Positions 22,978 to 37,250 of a stretch of DNA of 64,000 nucleotides are shown here, one piece after another. The DNA comes from an uncultured Chloroflexia bacterium (lineage in GTDB: Bacteria > Chloroflexota > Chloroflexia > Thermomicrobiales > UBA6265). Every line of letters starts with the position of its first letter. Positions within the stretch are counted from its first letter, which is position 1. Location of the stretch: assembly GCA_963724295.1 (NCBI GenBank), contig CAVRUC010000007.1:1-64000 (forward strand), written 5' to 3'. Position numbers and translations under genes: made by a program. A model generated the notes under the pieces. That model had not been told where the DNA came from. It ran no database searches and saw only the letters and a list, made by a program, of their open reading frames with translations.

Positions 22978-23309
22978 CGTCCACCCCGGACCGAGCGCAC
23001 ACGCGGCGTGATCCCAGTAACTCAACCAATTCCGTGACGATGAGTATAGAGCCGCCTGGTTTTCCCGAGCCAACGCGCAAAAGCCCTCCTGGCCATGTGT
23101 TACACTCGGGCGGCGCGACAGCCGCGCCGCCTCAGTTTCGACGGCGCTTTACGCCAGAGATCGACGAGTCGCCGGCCGGGTTATCGGCGCAATCCCGAAT
23201 ACCCCGCCAAGGCAGCTGGATGCAGTCGAGAGTTTCACCAGTTCGATTCGGTCGCGCCACTGGCCGAGCCCAATCTGGTTCGCCTCCCCTCCCCAATCGA
23301 ACGACTCCG

Positions 23310-25082
23310 ATGAAGAGCGATCGGCTTTGGAGTCGCGTCTCATGGCCTCTGAGTATCTCGCTCTTTGCCGTGCCCGTCGTGCTCGCTCTCGTCACCTTCG
23401 CCGCGCCTAGAGTGTTGTGGGCCAGTCCGGAAGTCGCGATCCGTGTGACCGATCGATACACAGGGCAGCAGATTTCGGGGGCAACGCTCGTCATCGGCGA
23501 TACCACGATGAGCACCGACCCCAACGGCATGGTCACGGTTGAACTGCGCACGGATAGCTCACCAGCGATGGTGCAGGCGCCCGGGTATGAGGCGATCACC
23601 ACGACGCTTTCGCGGAGTGGACCAAAGGACTGGGAGATCGCGCTTCGCCCCACGGTCCTGCGAGGCATATTGTCGGACGCGGAAACCTCCGCCGGCATCA
23701 CGGGAGCGGAAGTTGCTGTGCTCGCCCCCGACGGCGCGGAACAGGTCACCACCACGGATACGGACGGGCGGTACGCGATCGAATCCGTACCAGAGGACGC
23801 GACAGTTCGATTTTCTTCGCCCGACCATGGCGTTGCCAAGGAAGCGGTCGGCGAAAGAACCGAGATCAACGTGACCATGCGTGCATCCGTCGTCTCGGGT
23901 CAGGTCACGGACGCGACAGGTGCGCCGGTGGCTGGGGCTCGCGTTGCCGCGTCAAATGGCAGCGCGGAGATCTACTCCGGACCGGATGGCACATTTCGAT
24001 TGACCGGCGGGACTGACGTCACAGAAGTAGTGGTCTCGGCTCCAGGGCATGCCAATCAGACGATGAGCGTCGATGCATCTCGGAACGTCACAGCCGCACT
24101 CGATACGGAGATGATCAAGGCGGTCTACGCGAATCTCGGTGTCCTCAGCGATCCGGAACGCTGGAATCGCTTGATCGAAATCGCAGACACTACTGAGATC
24201 AATGCGATCGTCGTCGATGTAAAGCAGGACACGATCTACTACGACACGCAGGTGCCCTTCTACCGTGACATCGACGGGATGATCACGCCGCTTTTCGATC
24301 CGGAGGAACTCCTGGCCGAGCTGGATGCCCACGGCATCTACTCGATTGCTCGCATGGTGGTGTTCAAAGACCCGGTCGTGGCGGCCGGTCGCCCCGATCT
24401 GGCAGTGCGCGACGAAACGACCGGTGGGTTGTGGTTCGACATGAACGGGACGCCCTGGGTCAACGCCTTCAATCAGGAGCTTTGGCAGGCGAATGCGGAT
24501 CTCGGGGCGGAGCTAGCTCAGCTGGGGTTCGATGAAATCCAGTACGACTACATCAGGTTCCCATCCGACGGCGATTTGCGAACCGCCGACTTTGGAGATG
24601 ATTATTCCGAGGAGGCCCGGCGTGCCGCGATCACTGGCGCAGTGGCACTTGGTGGTGAAAAAGTGCGGGCGGCGGGTGGTGTTTTCGCTATCGATCTTTT
24701 TCCGATTGTTGCGCTTTTGGGAGACGACCAGGGAATCGGTCAGACGCTGCAGGATCTCGCTCCGCTGGCCGACTACGTCAGCCTGATGGTCTACCCCTCT
24801 CACTATGAAGAAGGGAATATCCCGGTAGACGGGCATCCGAACGACTTCCCCGCTGAGACAGTGACCTACACACTCGAGCAGTCGCAGCAGTGGGCGCCAG
24901 GGACGATGAAGAAAATGCGCCCCTGGCTGCAAGACTTCACGTATCCACTCGAGGGGTACTCAGCATATGGACCCGACGAGGTTCGGGCTCAGATCGCCGC
25001 TGCCGAAGCAATGGGCGTGAGCGGGTGGCTCCTGTGGAACGCGGCTGGCGAGTTTCAGGTCTCCGCCCTGGCTCCAGAGTGA
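23310..25082 (+). CDS. Membrane-anchored protein: three carboxypeptidase-regulatory-like beta domains plus putative glycoside hydrolase (DUF4015-like)
   Basis: N-terminal TM; repeated 'G.V.D..TG..I.GA.V' modules; INAIVVDVK, IARMVVFKD, GFDEIQYDYIRFP, MVYPSHY, RPWLQDF. Confidence 0.8.
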   Translation: MKSDRLWSRVSWPLSISLFAVPVVLALVTFAAPRVLWASPEVAIRVTDRYTGQQISGATLVIGDTTMSTDPNGMVTVELRTDSSPAMVQAPGYEAITTTLSRSGPKDWEIALRPTVLRGILSDAETSAGITGAEVAVLAPDGAEQVTTTDTDGRYAIESVPEDATVRFSSPDHGVAKEAVGERTEINVTMRASVVSGQVTDATGAPVAGARVAASNGSAEIYSGPDGTFRLTGGTDVTEVVVSAPGHANQTMSVDASRNVTAALDTEMIKAVYANLGVLSDPERWNRLIEIADTTEINAIVVDVKQDTIYYDTQVPFYRDIDGMITPLFDPEELLAELDAHGIYSIARMVVFKDPVVAAGRPDLAVRDETTGGLWFDMNGTPWVNAFNQELWQANADLGAELAQLGFDEIQYDYIRFPSDGDLRTADFGDDYSEEARRAAITGAVALGGEKVRAAGGVFAIDLFPIVALLGDDQGIGQTLQDLAPLADYVSLMVYPSHYEEGNIPVDGHPNDFPAETVTYTLEQSQQWAPGTMKKMRPWLQDFTYPLEGYSAYGPDEVRAQIAAAEAMGVSGWLLWNAAGEFQVSALAPE

Positions 25083-25151
25083 CTCGATACTTCGCTCACT
25101 CGTCACGGGCGACGAGCGCGGCGATCGATAGAGTGCGGGATCGCGAAGACG

Positions 25152-26064
25152 GTGCCTGAGGCTGCTGCGCCCACCCAACATAACTCCGCAATGTGGTATG
25201 CCAGTACGGTAGTGCGGGCGATGCGGCCCACTCAGTGGCTGAAGAACGGCGTCGTCTTCGCTGGTCTTGTCTTCGGTGGCAAGTTGCTCCAACCTGCGGC
25301 CGTGGCCAGCGCGACTCTGGCCGCGCTGGCGTTCTGTCTTTTGAGCGGTGGCTTTTATCTCATCAATGACGTGCGGGACCGGGATGCCGATCGCCTGCAC
25401 CCCGTCAAGCGCCTACGCCCCGTTGCGGCCGGGGAGCTCAATCCTCGAACCGCGGCATCCGTTGGGGCGATCCTGGTTGCCCTGTCCATCGCGGGGTCGG
25501 CGCTTCTCAGCTGGGGGCTCATGTTGGTGTTTCTGGCATACGCCAGTCTCATGGCTGCTTATAACCTTGGGCTGAAAGAGATTGTCATTCTCGACGTTTT
25601 TGCTATCGCGGCCGGGTTTGTCCTGCGCGCGGTCGGAGGAGCCATCGCCGTCGACGTTTCGATTTCGCCATGGCTCCTCGTGTGCACGGTGTTGCTTGCG
25701 CTGCTGATTGGATTCGGAAAACGGCGGTACGAGCTGGCAGCACTCGACAATGCCGGCGGGGCACCGCCGAAACCTCACCTTGTACAACCGACCACTGCTC
25801 GACCAGGCCGTGGCGGTCACCGCCGCCGGTACGCTCATCGGCTACGCCGTCTACACCTTTGACAGCGAATCGGCGCAATACCACCACCGCATGATGTTGA
25901 CGGTCCCAATCGTTGCCTACGGCGTTTTCCGGTACCTCTATCTACTCTATCTCGGTGGTCAAGGGGGAGCGCCCGAGACGATGCTCCTGACGGACCGACC
26001 GCTCCTTGCATCAGTGGCGGCATGGGCAGTGGCAAGCGCATTCCTGTTCTATTTCACAGGTTGA
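25152..26064 (+). CDS. UbiA-family decaprenyl-phosphate phosphoribosyltransferase-like protein; +1 G frameshift at 25758-25761
   Basis: MRPTQWLKN, YLINDVRDRDADRLHPVKRLRP, GFVLRA, GKRRYEL. Removing one G joins to HRRNL...YGVFRYL. Confidence 0.85.
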
Positions 26065-26146
26065 GCGGTGGGACCAGAAGGAGCGAGGCTGAACGCAGAT
26101 GCCGGCGTCTTTGATATAGATCATAGCAACCTTTTGACCAGCTATG

Positions 26147-26152
26147 TATAAT
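26147..26152 (+). promoter_or_regulatory. -10 box upstream of hsp20-lon
   Basis: Perfect TATAAT in a locally AT-rich intergenic stretch. Confidence 0.5.
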
Positions 26153-26265
26153 ACAGTCATGAGGCACTCAATACAGCTCGCACACCGACGTCTGCTGCCC
26201 GAACTCTGGTTGACCCGCTTTCCGGGGGTTCGGCCATCGGCCTCGCGGCACGAGAAGGAAGAATC

Positions 26266-26713
26266 ATGATTCTGCTGCGGCGAGGGCTGCGGGCGCAGAC
26301 GCTCGAATCGAGCTTCGAACTTGATGTCATGGTTGACTTCGGTCAGCAGCCGACAAAAGGTCGCCGTCAGTGTCTGGCGCCGTGGCGTCCACCCATCGAC
26401 GTATTCGAGACCGACAACGGGCTCGTGGTGCGGGCCGAGTTAGGCGGTCTGACCGCGAGCGAGGTCCAGGTTCTGCTTAGTGGAGATGAGCTAATTCTTC
26501 GCGGCGAGCGAGAAGTTGTGCGTCCAGTCGAAAACCGGGTGTACCACGAATCGCGAGTTCGCTACGGTCGTTTCGAGGCGGCTATCCGACTTCCATTCCC
26601 GGTCGACGTCGAGTCGGGCAATGGCGGAGTACAGCGATGGGTTCTTGTCCATCGAGCTGCCGCGGTTAGCGGCCACCAAATTGATGACCGGCGAGGAGCG
26701 CGGGGTTTTCTAG
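26266..26713 (+). CDS. Hsp20 / alpha-crystallin small heat-shock protein; +1 G frameshift at 26616-26618
   Basis: WRPPIDVFET, LILRGER, YGRFEAAIRLP. Removing one G gives DVESAMAEYSDGFLSIELPR. Confidence 0.85.
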
Positions 26714-26737
26714 GCCCGAAGAGGAGAGCACAAGACG

Positions 26738-29326
26738 ATGGTGAAGAATGAGGAGCCGAGACCTCGCTCCAAGAGAACCAAGAAGGCGAAGGAAATGATT
26801 GTCGAAGATACCTCTTCGACTGATGGAAACCCCGAGCTGGTGCAGGTAGAAGACGCAGTCAACGACGGAAGTGTTGGTGAGTCCGACGGGAGCGAAGTAC
26901 TCGAGCTGCCCGTGCTGCCGTTGCGTGGAACGGTGGTCTTTCCGCTAACGGTGGTGCCGCTTGCGGCCGCCCAACCGCGTTCCTTGCGGCTGATCGACGA
27001 GGTCATGTCCGGGGATCGCACCGTTGCCCTGGTGATGCAGAAAGATGCGGAACTGGAAGGCGCCGGCCCGGACGATATCTATGACGTAGGCACGATATCC
27101 ACCATCCATCAGATGATGCGTGTTCCGGACGGGACCGTCCGTCTTGCGGTACAGGGCAACGAGCGTATGCGGGTGCTCGAGTTCCTGAACGAGGAGCCGT
27201 ACCTAGTCGCTCGAGTGCAACGAGTGCCGGAAATTGTCGAGGAATCGGTCGAAGTCGATGCATTGACGCGAAACACGCTCGAGCTGTTCCAACGGCTCGT
27301 CTCGCTGGTGGCGCACATGCCGGATGAGCTCGTCACCGCGGCACTCAATGTTGATGACCCGCGACACCTCGTCTACCTGGTTGCAACCAACCTGCGGATG
27401 GACGCCGATGTGCGGCAACATCTTCTGGAGCTCGATTCCGTACGCGACAAGTTGGCGGCGTTGAATACGTTCATTGCCCAGGAATTGGACGTACTCGAAC
27501 TGGGCAAGAAGATTCAGAGTGACGTCCAGCAGGAGCTTGGCAAGAATCAGCGCGATTTCTACCTGCGAGAGCAGCTCAAGGCTATCCAGCGCGAGCTTGG
27601 TGAAGGCTCAGAGACGGAAGCAGAAGCGGCCGAGCTGCGCCAGAAAATCGACGATTCCGGCATGCCTGAGGAGGCGGCGAAGGAAGCACATCGCGAGCTC
27701 GATCGCTTGAGCAAGTTGCCGCCGGCCGCCGCGGAGTATGGTGTCATCAAGACGTATCTCGACTGGTTGACGAGCCTGCCTTGGAACGCGAGGACCGAAG
27801 GAGAGATCGACGTCGCCAAGGCGCGCCAGATTCTAGACGACGAGCACTATGACTTGGAGAAAATCAAAGACCGCGTCCTCGAGTATCTCGCGGTGCGCAA
27901 GCTGAAGCAGGAGGCAGCGACCGAGGCTGGCGAGCCAGAGCCTCCTCAGTCGCGAGAGCCGATCCTCTGTTTTGTCGGTCCTCCCGGTGTTGGCAAGACG
28001 AGTCTGGCGCAATCGATCGCCCACGCACTCGGTCGAGAACTGACCAGAATGTCGCTCGGCGGGGTACGAGACGAGGCCGAGATTCGCGGTCACCGTCGGA
28101 CCTACGTTGGCGCGATGCCGGGGCGAATCATTCAAGCGATTCGACGTGCCGGATCAAGCGACCCAGTCTTTGTTCTTGACGAGGTCGATAAGCTCGGAAG
28201 TGATTGGCGCGGCGATCCCTCGTCGGCGTTGCTCGAGGTACTCGACCCCGAGCAGAACAATTCGTTCCGGGACCACTATCTCGACGTTCCGTTTGACTTG
28301 TCGAAAGTCATGTTCATTGCCACAGCGAATCTGCTCGACTCGATCCCGGCACCGCTTCGAGACCGCATGGAGATTCTCGAGCTGAGCGGATATACGGACG
28401 AAGAGAAGCTGGCCATCGCGCACCGCTTTCTGATTCCGAAGCAAGTGAAGGCTCACGGTCTGGCCAACGAACCGTTGGAGTGGACCGACGAGGGGTTGAC
28501 CTTTCTGATTCGGAACTACACCCGCGAGGCCGGAGTCAGGAACCTCGAGCGGGAGATCGCCACGGTCGCGCGGAAGATCGCCACGCGGAAGGCGGAAAGT
28601 CGGGAGTTCAGTCAGATCGTCGGTCCGGAGGAAGTTCGGGAATACCTTGGCCGTCCGCGTCACTACTACGAGGAGCGGACGCAGCGGACAGAGCAGGCTG
28701 GGGTGGCGATCGGTGTAGGCGTGTCCGGTGTCGGCGGAGACATCATGTTTATCGAGGCGTCGCGCATGCCCGGGAAGGGCTCACTCACCGTCACCGGCCA
28801 GCTCGGAGACGTCATGAAGGAGTCGGCGACGGCCGCGATGTCCTTTGTCCGATCGAGGGCCAGTGATCTCGGTATCGACCAGGACTTTTTCAAGGAGTCC
28901 GACGTCCACCTGCACGTGCCCGCGGGTGCGATCCCCAAGGACGGGCCGTCGGCAGGCACCGCCATGACTATCGCGCTCGTGTCTCTGCTGACCGGCGTAC
29001 CGGTTCGCGACGACGTGGCGATGACCGGGGAGATCACGCTACGTGGTCAAGTGCTCCCAGTCGGCGGCATAAAGATGAAGGCGCTCGCTGCCCGCCGCGC
29101 GGGTGTAGACACCTTCGTCCTTCCGAAGCGGAACGAGGCGGACCTGGACGACCTGCCGGATGAGCTGAGGGCCGAGATGACGTTTGTGCTCGCGGAGACG
29201 CTCGACGACGTGCTCGCGGCGGCGATGCCGCGGCACTTTGTCGCCATGCGCCCCGGGATCGATGACTCGGTCGAGTACGCAGAGTCCGCGACCACTGAGC
29301 GGGAACCTGTCGCCGCGGTTGCCTAG
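26738..29326 (+). CDS. lon: Lon protease
   Basis: LPVLPLR N-domain, GPPGVGKT, LDEVDK, PKDGPSAG (catalytic Ser), MTGEITLRG. Confidence 0.97.
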   Translation: MVKNEEPRPRSKRTKKAKEMIVEDTSSTDGNPELVQVEDAVNDGSVGESDGSEVLELPVLPLRGTVVFPLTVVPLAAAQPRSLRLIDEVMSGDRTVALVMQKDAELEGAGPDDIYDVGTISTIHQMMRVPDGTVRLAVQGNERMRVLEFLNEEPYLVARVQRVPEIVEESVEVDALTRNTLELFQRLVSLVAHMPDELVTAALNVDDPRHLVYLVATNLRMDADVRQHLLELDSVRDKLAALNTFIAQELDVLELGKKIQSDVQQELGKNQRDFYLREQLKAIQRELGEGSETEAEAAELRQKIDDSGMPEEAAKEAHRELDRLSKLPPAAAEYGVIKTYLDWLTSLPWNARTEGEIDVAKARQILDDEHYDLEKIKDRVLEYLAVRKLKQEAATEAGEPEPPQSREPILCFVGPPGVGKTSLAQSIAHALGRELTRMSLGGVRDEAEIRGHRRTYVGAMPGRIIQAIRRAGSSDPVFVLDEVDKLGSDWRGDPSSALLEVLDPEQNNSFRDHYLDVPFDLSKVMFIATANLLDSIPAPLRDRMEILELSGYTDEEKLAIAHRFLIPKQVKAHGLANEPLEWTDEGLTFLIRNYTREAGVRNLEREIATVARKIATRKAESREFSQIVGPEEVREYLGRPRHYYEERTQRTEQAGVAIGVGVSGVGGDIMFIEASRMPGKGSLTVTGQLGDVMKESATAAMSFVRSRASDLGIDQDFFKESDVHLHVPAGAIPKDGPSAGTAMTIALVSLLTGVPVRDDVAMTGEITLRGQVLPVGGIKMKALAARRAGVDTFVLPKRNEADLDDLPDELRAEMTFVLAETLDDVLAAAMPRHFVAMRPGIDDSVEYAESATTEREPVAAVA

Positions 29327-29350
29327 CGATATTCAGTAGAGGCGCAACGA

Positions 29351-29386
29351 GAAGCGGGCCAGCGTGCGCTGGCCCGTTTCTTTGTT
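29351..29386. terminator. Terminator hairpin between convergent lon and the C26 hydrolase gene
   Basis: GAAGCGGGCCAGC-GTGC-GCTGGCCCGTTTC followed by TTTGTT. Confidence 0.65.
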
Positions 29387-29395
29387 CGTTGCGAT

Positions 29396-30151
29396 CTACG
29401 ACTGCGCCGCGAGGAGCCTGCTTCTGGCCGCTGCCTCTACGAGTTGAGCAAAGGGACGGAGATGAGCATCGTCGCGCTCGAACATCAACTCGGGGTGCCA
29501 TTGCACGCCGAATATCTCCGAGTTGCCGCGCATGACCACCGCTTCAACGAGTCCATCTGGCGAGTACGCCACCGGCACAAGGTCCGGCGCAAGGTCTCGG
29601 ATCGCCTGGTGATGGAACGAGTTCACGCCGAGGTCATAGTTCCCGAAAATCGGCAGCGGCGCCGCCTCGACTGCGGACAACGGGTGGCCAACCGCCGAAT
29701 CTTCCAGACCCCGCTCGTGTTGACGATGTCCAACGTCGGCCGCGCCAGGATGCTCCGTGGCGACGTCCTGAATCAGTGTTCCGCCGAGCGCAACGTTCAT
29801 GACTTGAATGCCGCGGCATATGCCAAATGTCGGGATACCACGTCGCCGCGCCGATTCGAACAGATCGATCTCGAATTGATCACGATCTGGATCGATGCCA
29901 TACGTTGCAGGGTGGACGTACGTGTCTCCGTACCGCACCGGATCCACGTCTGGCCCCCCGCTCAAGAGAAGACCGTCAATGATTTCCATGAGCTCGTCGA
30001 TCGAATCGCGTTGCGGAGGCAAGACAATTGGAACGCCGCCTGCGGCCTCGACTGCCCGCACGTACGGCGCCGACATGCAATACCGCAAGAACGTGCCGTG
30101 GGCGAGCGTGTCGAGTTGTGCCGACGGGGTTATGCCGATGATCGGCTTCAT
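29396..30151 (-). CDS. Gamma-glutamyl-gamma-aminobutyrate hydrolase-like protein (peptidase C26, PuuD family)
   Basis: KPIIGIT, LLLSGGPDVDP, GICRGIQ, VNSFHHQA, GVQWHPE. Confidence 0.9.
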   Translation of the reverse strand: MKPIIGITPSAQLDTLAHGTFLRYCMSAPYVRAVEAAGGVPIVLPPQRDSIDELMEIIDGLLLSGGPDVDPVRYGDTYVHPATYGIDPDRDQFEIDLFESARRRGIPTFGICRGIQVMNVALGGTLIQDVATEHPGAADVGHRQHERGLEDSAVGHPLSAVEAAPLPIFGNYDLGVNSFHHQAIRDLAPDLVPVAYSPDGLVEAVVMRGNSEIFGVQWHPELMFERDDAHLRPFAQLVEAAARSRLLAAQS

Positions 30152-30331
30152 AGTAATTCTGTGCCTTCCCTCAATCACTGCAGATCCAGCCTCAATTTCT
30201 CGCTGAGTATAGAGAAGAGGTCGGTCACTTGCGGACGATTGTCGTTTGCTGTGGAACTCCAGGATGGTCCGGAGCGTTCTGATGTTGAACGTTTTCGGAG
30301 CTGGGAATCTTCCTGGACTGCCCCGCGTAAC

Positions 30332-30453
30332 TTGACATAGCAGCCTTGGCGCGATATCAGTAGTCGCCTGCTCTCGAACTCTGAGAGGAAGCGAACGCGT
30401 CGCCTCGAACCTCGCCTGACCCACTTGACATAGCGTGCTTCAGGTGGTAATCT
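30332..30453 (+). promoter_or_regulatory. Tandem rrn promoters (P1/P2-like)
   Basis: ACTTGACATAGC occurs twice (30330, 30423). The second is TTGACA-17 bp-TAATCT with an extended TG; the first has a weaker -10. Confidence 0.7.
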
Positions 30454-30947
30454 TATCGAGTTCCTTGAGTGACGGACCCACGCAGCCAGAGCCCCCTGGG
30501 CAGCCAGGTGGCCTCGACGGCGCGGCGGGAGCGGAGTCGGGACACTCGGCGCTTGTCACCCTTGACAGGCGATCGAGGGTCAGGTAGGCTCTGCTGGCTC
30601 CAAAACAGGGAGCAGCACGTTGACAAGCTGGCGCAGCGGACGGCAGGGGCGGAACGTCTCTCCTAAAAAGAGAGGCGACGACGGACCAGGGCGTCGTGTG
30701 CCGAAGACGGAGCGAGCGGAGGGTGCTGGCGCGGGGCTTTCGGGTCTGGCGGCAGGACTGCTTCGGCTCGCCCAACAGCAACAAGTCAGCCAGTCAAGCG
30801 CGTGGCCATCACACGCAAGCGCCGGTCGCGGCGGGCCTTCGGGCTGGTCGGACTGGTGCGATTCTTCGGAATCACTGGACTCGGCAACGAGTCCCGACGC
30901 TTCGGCGTCATCGACGCGCAAGCGTCACCGATGCTTCGGCATCATCA

Positions 30948-32472
<1,525 letters not shown>

Positions 32473-32792
32473 CTAGGGAGTAGCAGTGGACCGCGTGGTC
32501 GGTGAGACCGCGGGAGGTCGCTGCGGACCCGTGTCAAGCCGCCGAGTGGTGATCCGGCATCGGTGGGCACCGAGCCCCGAGGTCTTCCCGTCGCGAGACG
32601 GTGGCAGGACCTGGCAGGGGCGCCACGGATGGCGGGGAGGTCGGCGGCGCCAGGTGCGGGCTGGCTGGTGAATGCTGTTGGGCGGAGACGAGACTCCGCG
32701 CGCTCCGTCTTGGGCATGGGGCGACTGGTTCGGCGGGGAAGACCCGGGTCCTGTCCGCCGCTGGGGACGACGGGGCGCGTCCTCGGGGTCGC

Positions 32793-32866
32793 GGGCGCGT
32801 AGCTCAGGTGGTTAGAGCGCGGCCCTGATAAGGCCGAGGTCCCTGGTTCGAGTCCAGGCGCGCCCA
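32793..32866 (+). tRNA. tRNA-Ile(GAT), CCA not encoded
   Basis: GGGCGCG acceptor stem, CT-GAT-AA anticodon loop, GGTTCGAGTCC T arm. Confidence 0.96.
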
Positions 32867-32926
32867 CCCGGTTCGGTCGGTGGCTGGCCTGGAGCGGGAA
32901 CGCGGAGCGCCGGGACGCTGCTGTCG

Positions 32927-32999
32927 GGGGCCGTAGCTTAGCTGGGAGAGCGCCGCCCTTGCACGGCGGAGGTCCGGGGTTCGAATCCCCGCGGCTCCA
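32927..32999 (+). tRNA. tRNA-Ala(TGC), CCA not encoded
   Basis: GGGGCCG/CGGCTCC acceptor with G3:U70, CT-TGC-AC loop, GGTTCGAATCC. Confidence 0.96.
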
Positions 33000-33540
33000 C
33001 CTGGGGCGGGGAACGCCCGGGGCGGAGGTCCCCAGCAGGACCACCCGTCGCCACGCCAGCAGGCCAGTCGTGCTCGAGGCGAGCGCCAGTGAGGCGGTCA
33101 CCAGACCGCTAGCAGGTTGGGAGATCTCCTCCGAGGTCAGGACATGACTTCGGACGAGGTTTGACGACCTCGAGATCTGTGGGTCTGACGACCTGCGGGT
33201 CTGAACGACTTTCGGGTCTGCACCTTGACAATGCGCCACGCGGAACCCGCCGGGTTCTGCGGCCGCGGGACGAGGCCAGCCCTTGAGGGGTCTGGCGCGA
33301 TCCGAGCCTGACGTCGCACCGAGACCGGTGGGACGCGGGGGCTCGTGTCTGCGTGCCCGCGCGCACTGCACAGCACATACACAAACACACAAAGACACAC
33401 GAACCACACAAACACACCGTAATCTCCACGAGGCGTCGTGCGAACGGGGCAGCGGGGCGGACGTGCGACCAGGCGGGACCATCCCGCTGGCGCGTGCCGG
33501 TCTGCGGTCGCGGACACGACGATCTCGGATGGGAGGCGGC

Positions 33541-36572
<3,032 letters not shown>

Positions 36573-36879
36573 GTGTGCTTCCCGTCTGGGGTCGTGACCC
36601 GACCGCGGGGCGGCCCGCGCCAGCGTGAGGGGGTCTCCCTCCTCTGGCCGGCGCCCCACGACGGACCCGACACGAGCGAGCCAGGGATACCAGTGAGACG
36701 TGTATGCGGCTGCGCAGGGCGCGCGGGCACGCGGACAGGAGCGTGCGGAGGCCTTCCGGAGGGGCGTCTTCCCGGAGGGGAGTCTTCCCGGAGGGGACTC
36801 TCCGAGAGAGGCGATCTCCGTGGCACTGGCGCAGCAAGCAGCAAGGGGCCCCGGCTCTCCGGTGGGAGGGTGGGGGGTG

Positions 36880-36995
36880 CCCGTGGCCGAGAGCGTGCTG
36901 GCCCCACCCGGTCCCATCCCGAACCCGGTCGTGACCCAGCGCAGCGCCGGAGAGTACTGTGGGGGCGACCCCACGGGAGGCGAGGCCGCCGCGGA
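36880..36995 (+). rRNA. rrf: 5S rRNA
   Basis: CCACCCGGTCCCATCCCGAACCCGG, GCCGGAGAGTACTG; terminal CCGTGGC/GCCGCGG helix. Confidence 0.93.
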
Positions 36996-37016
36996 CACCC
37001 CCCACCCTCGTACTGC

Positions 37017-37100
37017 AGTCGGCAAGTCGGTTAGTCGGTCAGTCGGTTAGTCGGGACGTGGCTCACAGCTATTAGCTCATAGCTCGAAATAGCTCCGAGC
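37017..37100. repeat. Short tandem repeats between 5S and tRNA-fMet
   Basis: AGTCGGNN about five times with 8-bp period, then degenerate (T)AGCTC units. Confidence 0.6.
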
Positions 37101-37117
37101 CGAAAGCCAGTCACCGC

Positions 37118-37193
37118 CGCGGGGTGGAGCAGCGGCAGCTCGTTGGGCTCATAACCCAAAGGTCGGGGGTTCGAATCCCCCCCCCCGCTACCA
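37118..37193 (+). tRNA. Initiator tRNA-fMet(CAT), CCA encoded
   Basis: CGCGGGG 5' end with unpaired C1, GGG/CCC anticodon stem, CT-CAT-AA. One surplus C in the C10 run is probably an error. Confidence 0.95.
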
Positions 37194-37199
37194 GTGGCA

Positions 37200-37236
37200 A
37201 ACGCCGGCACCAGTTGGTGCCGGCGTTGCTGTTTCT
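37200..37236 (+). terminator. rrn / tRNA terminator
   Basis: AACGCCGGCACC-AGTT-GGTGCCGGCGTT followed by GCTGTTTCT. Confidence 0.65.
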
Positions 37237-37250
37237 CTCAGCAGCGAATC

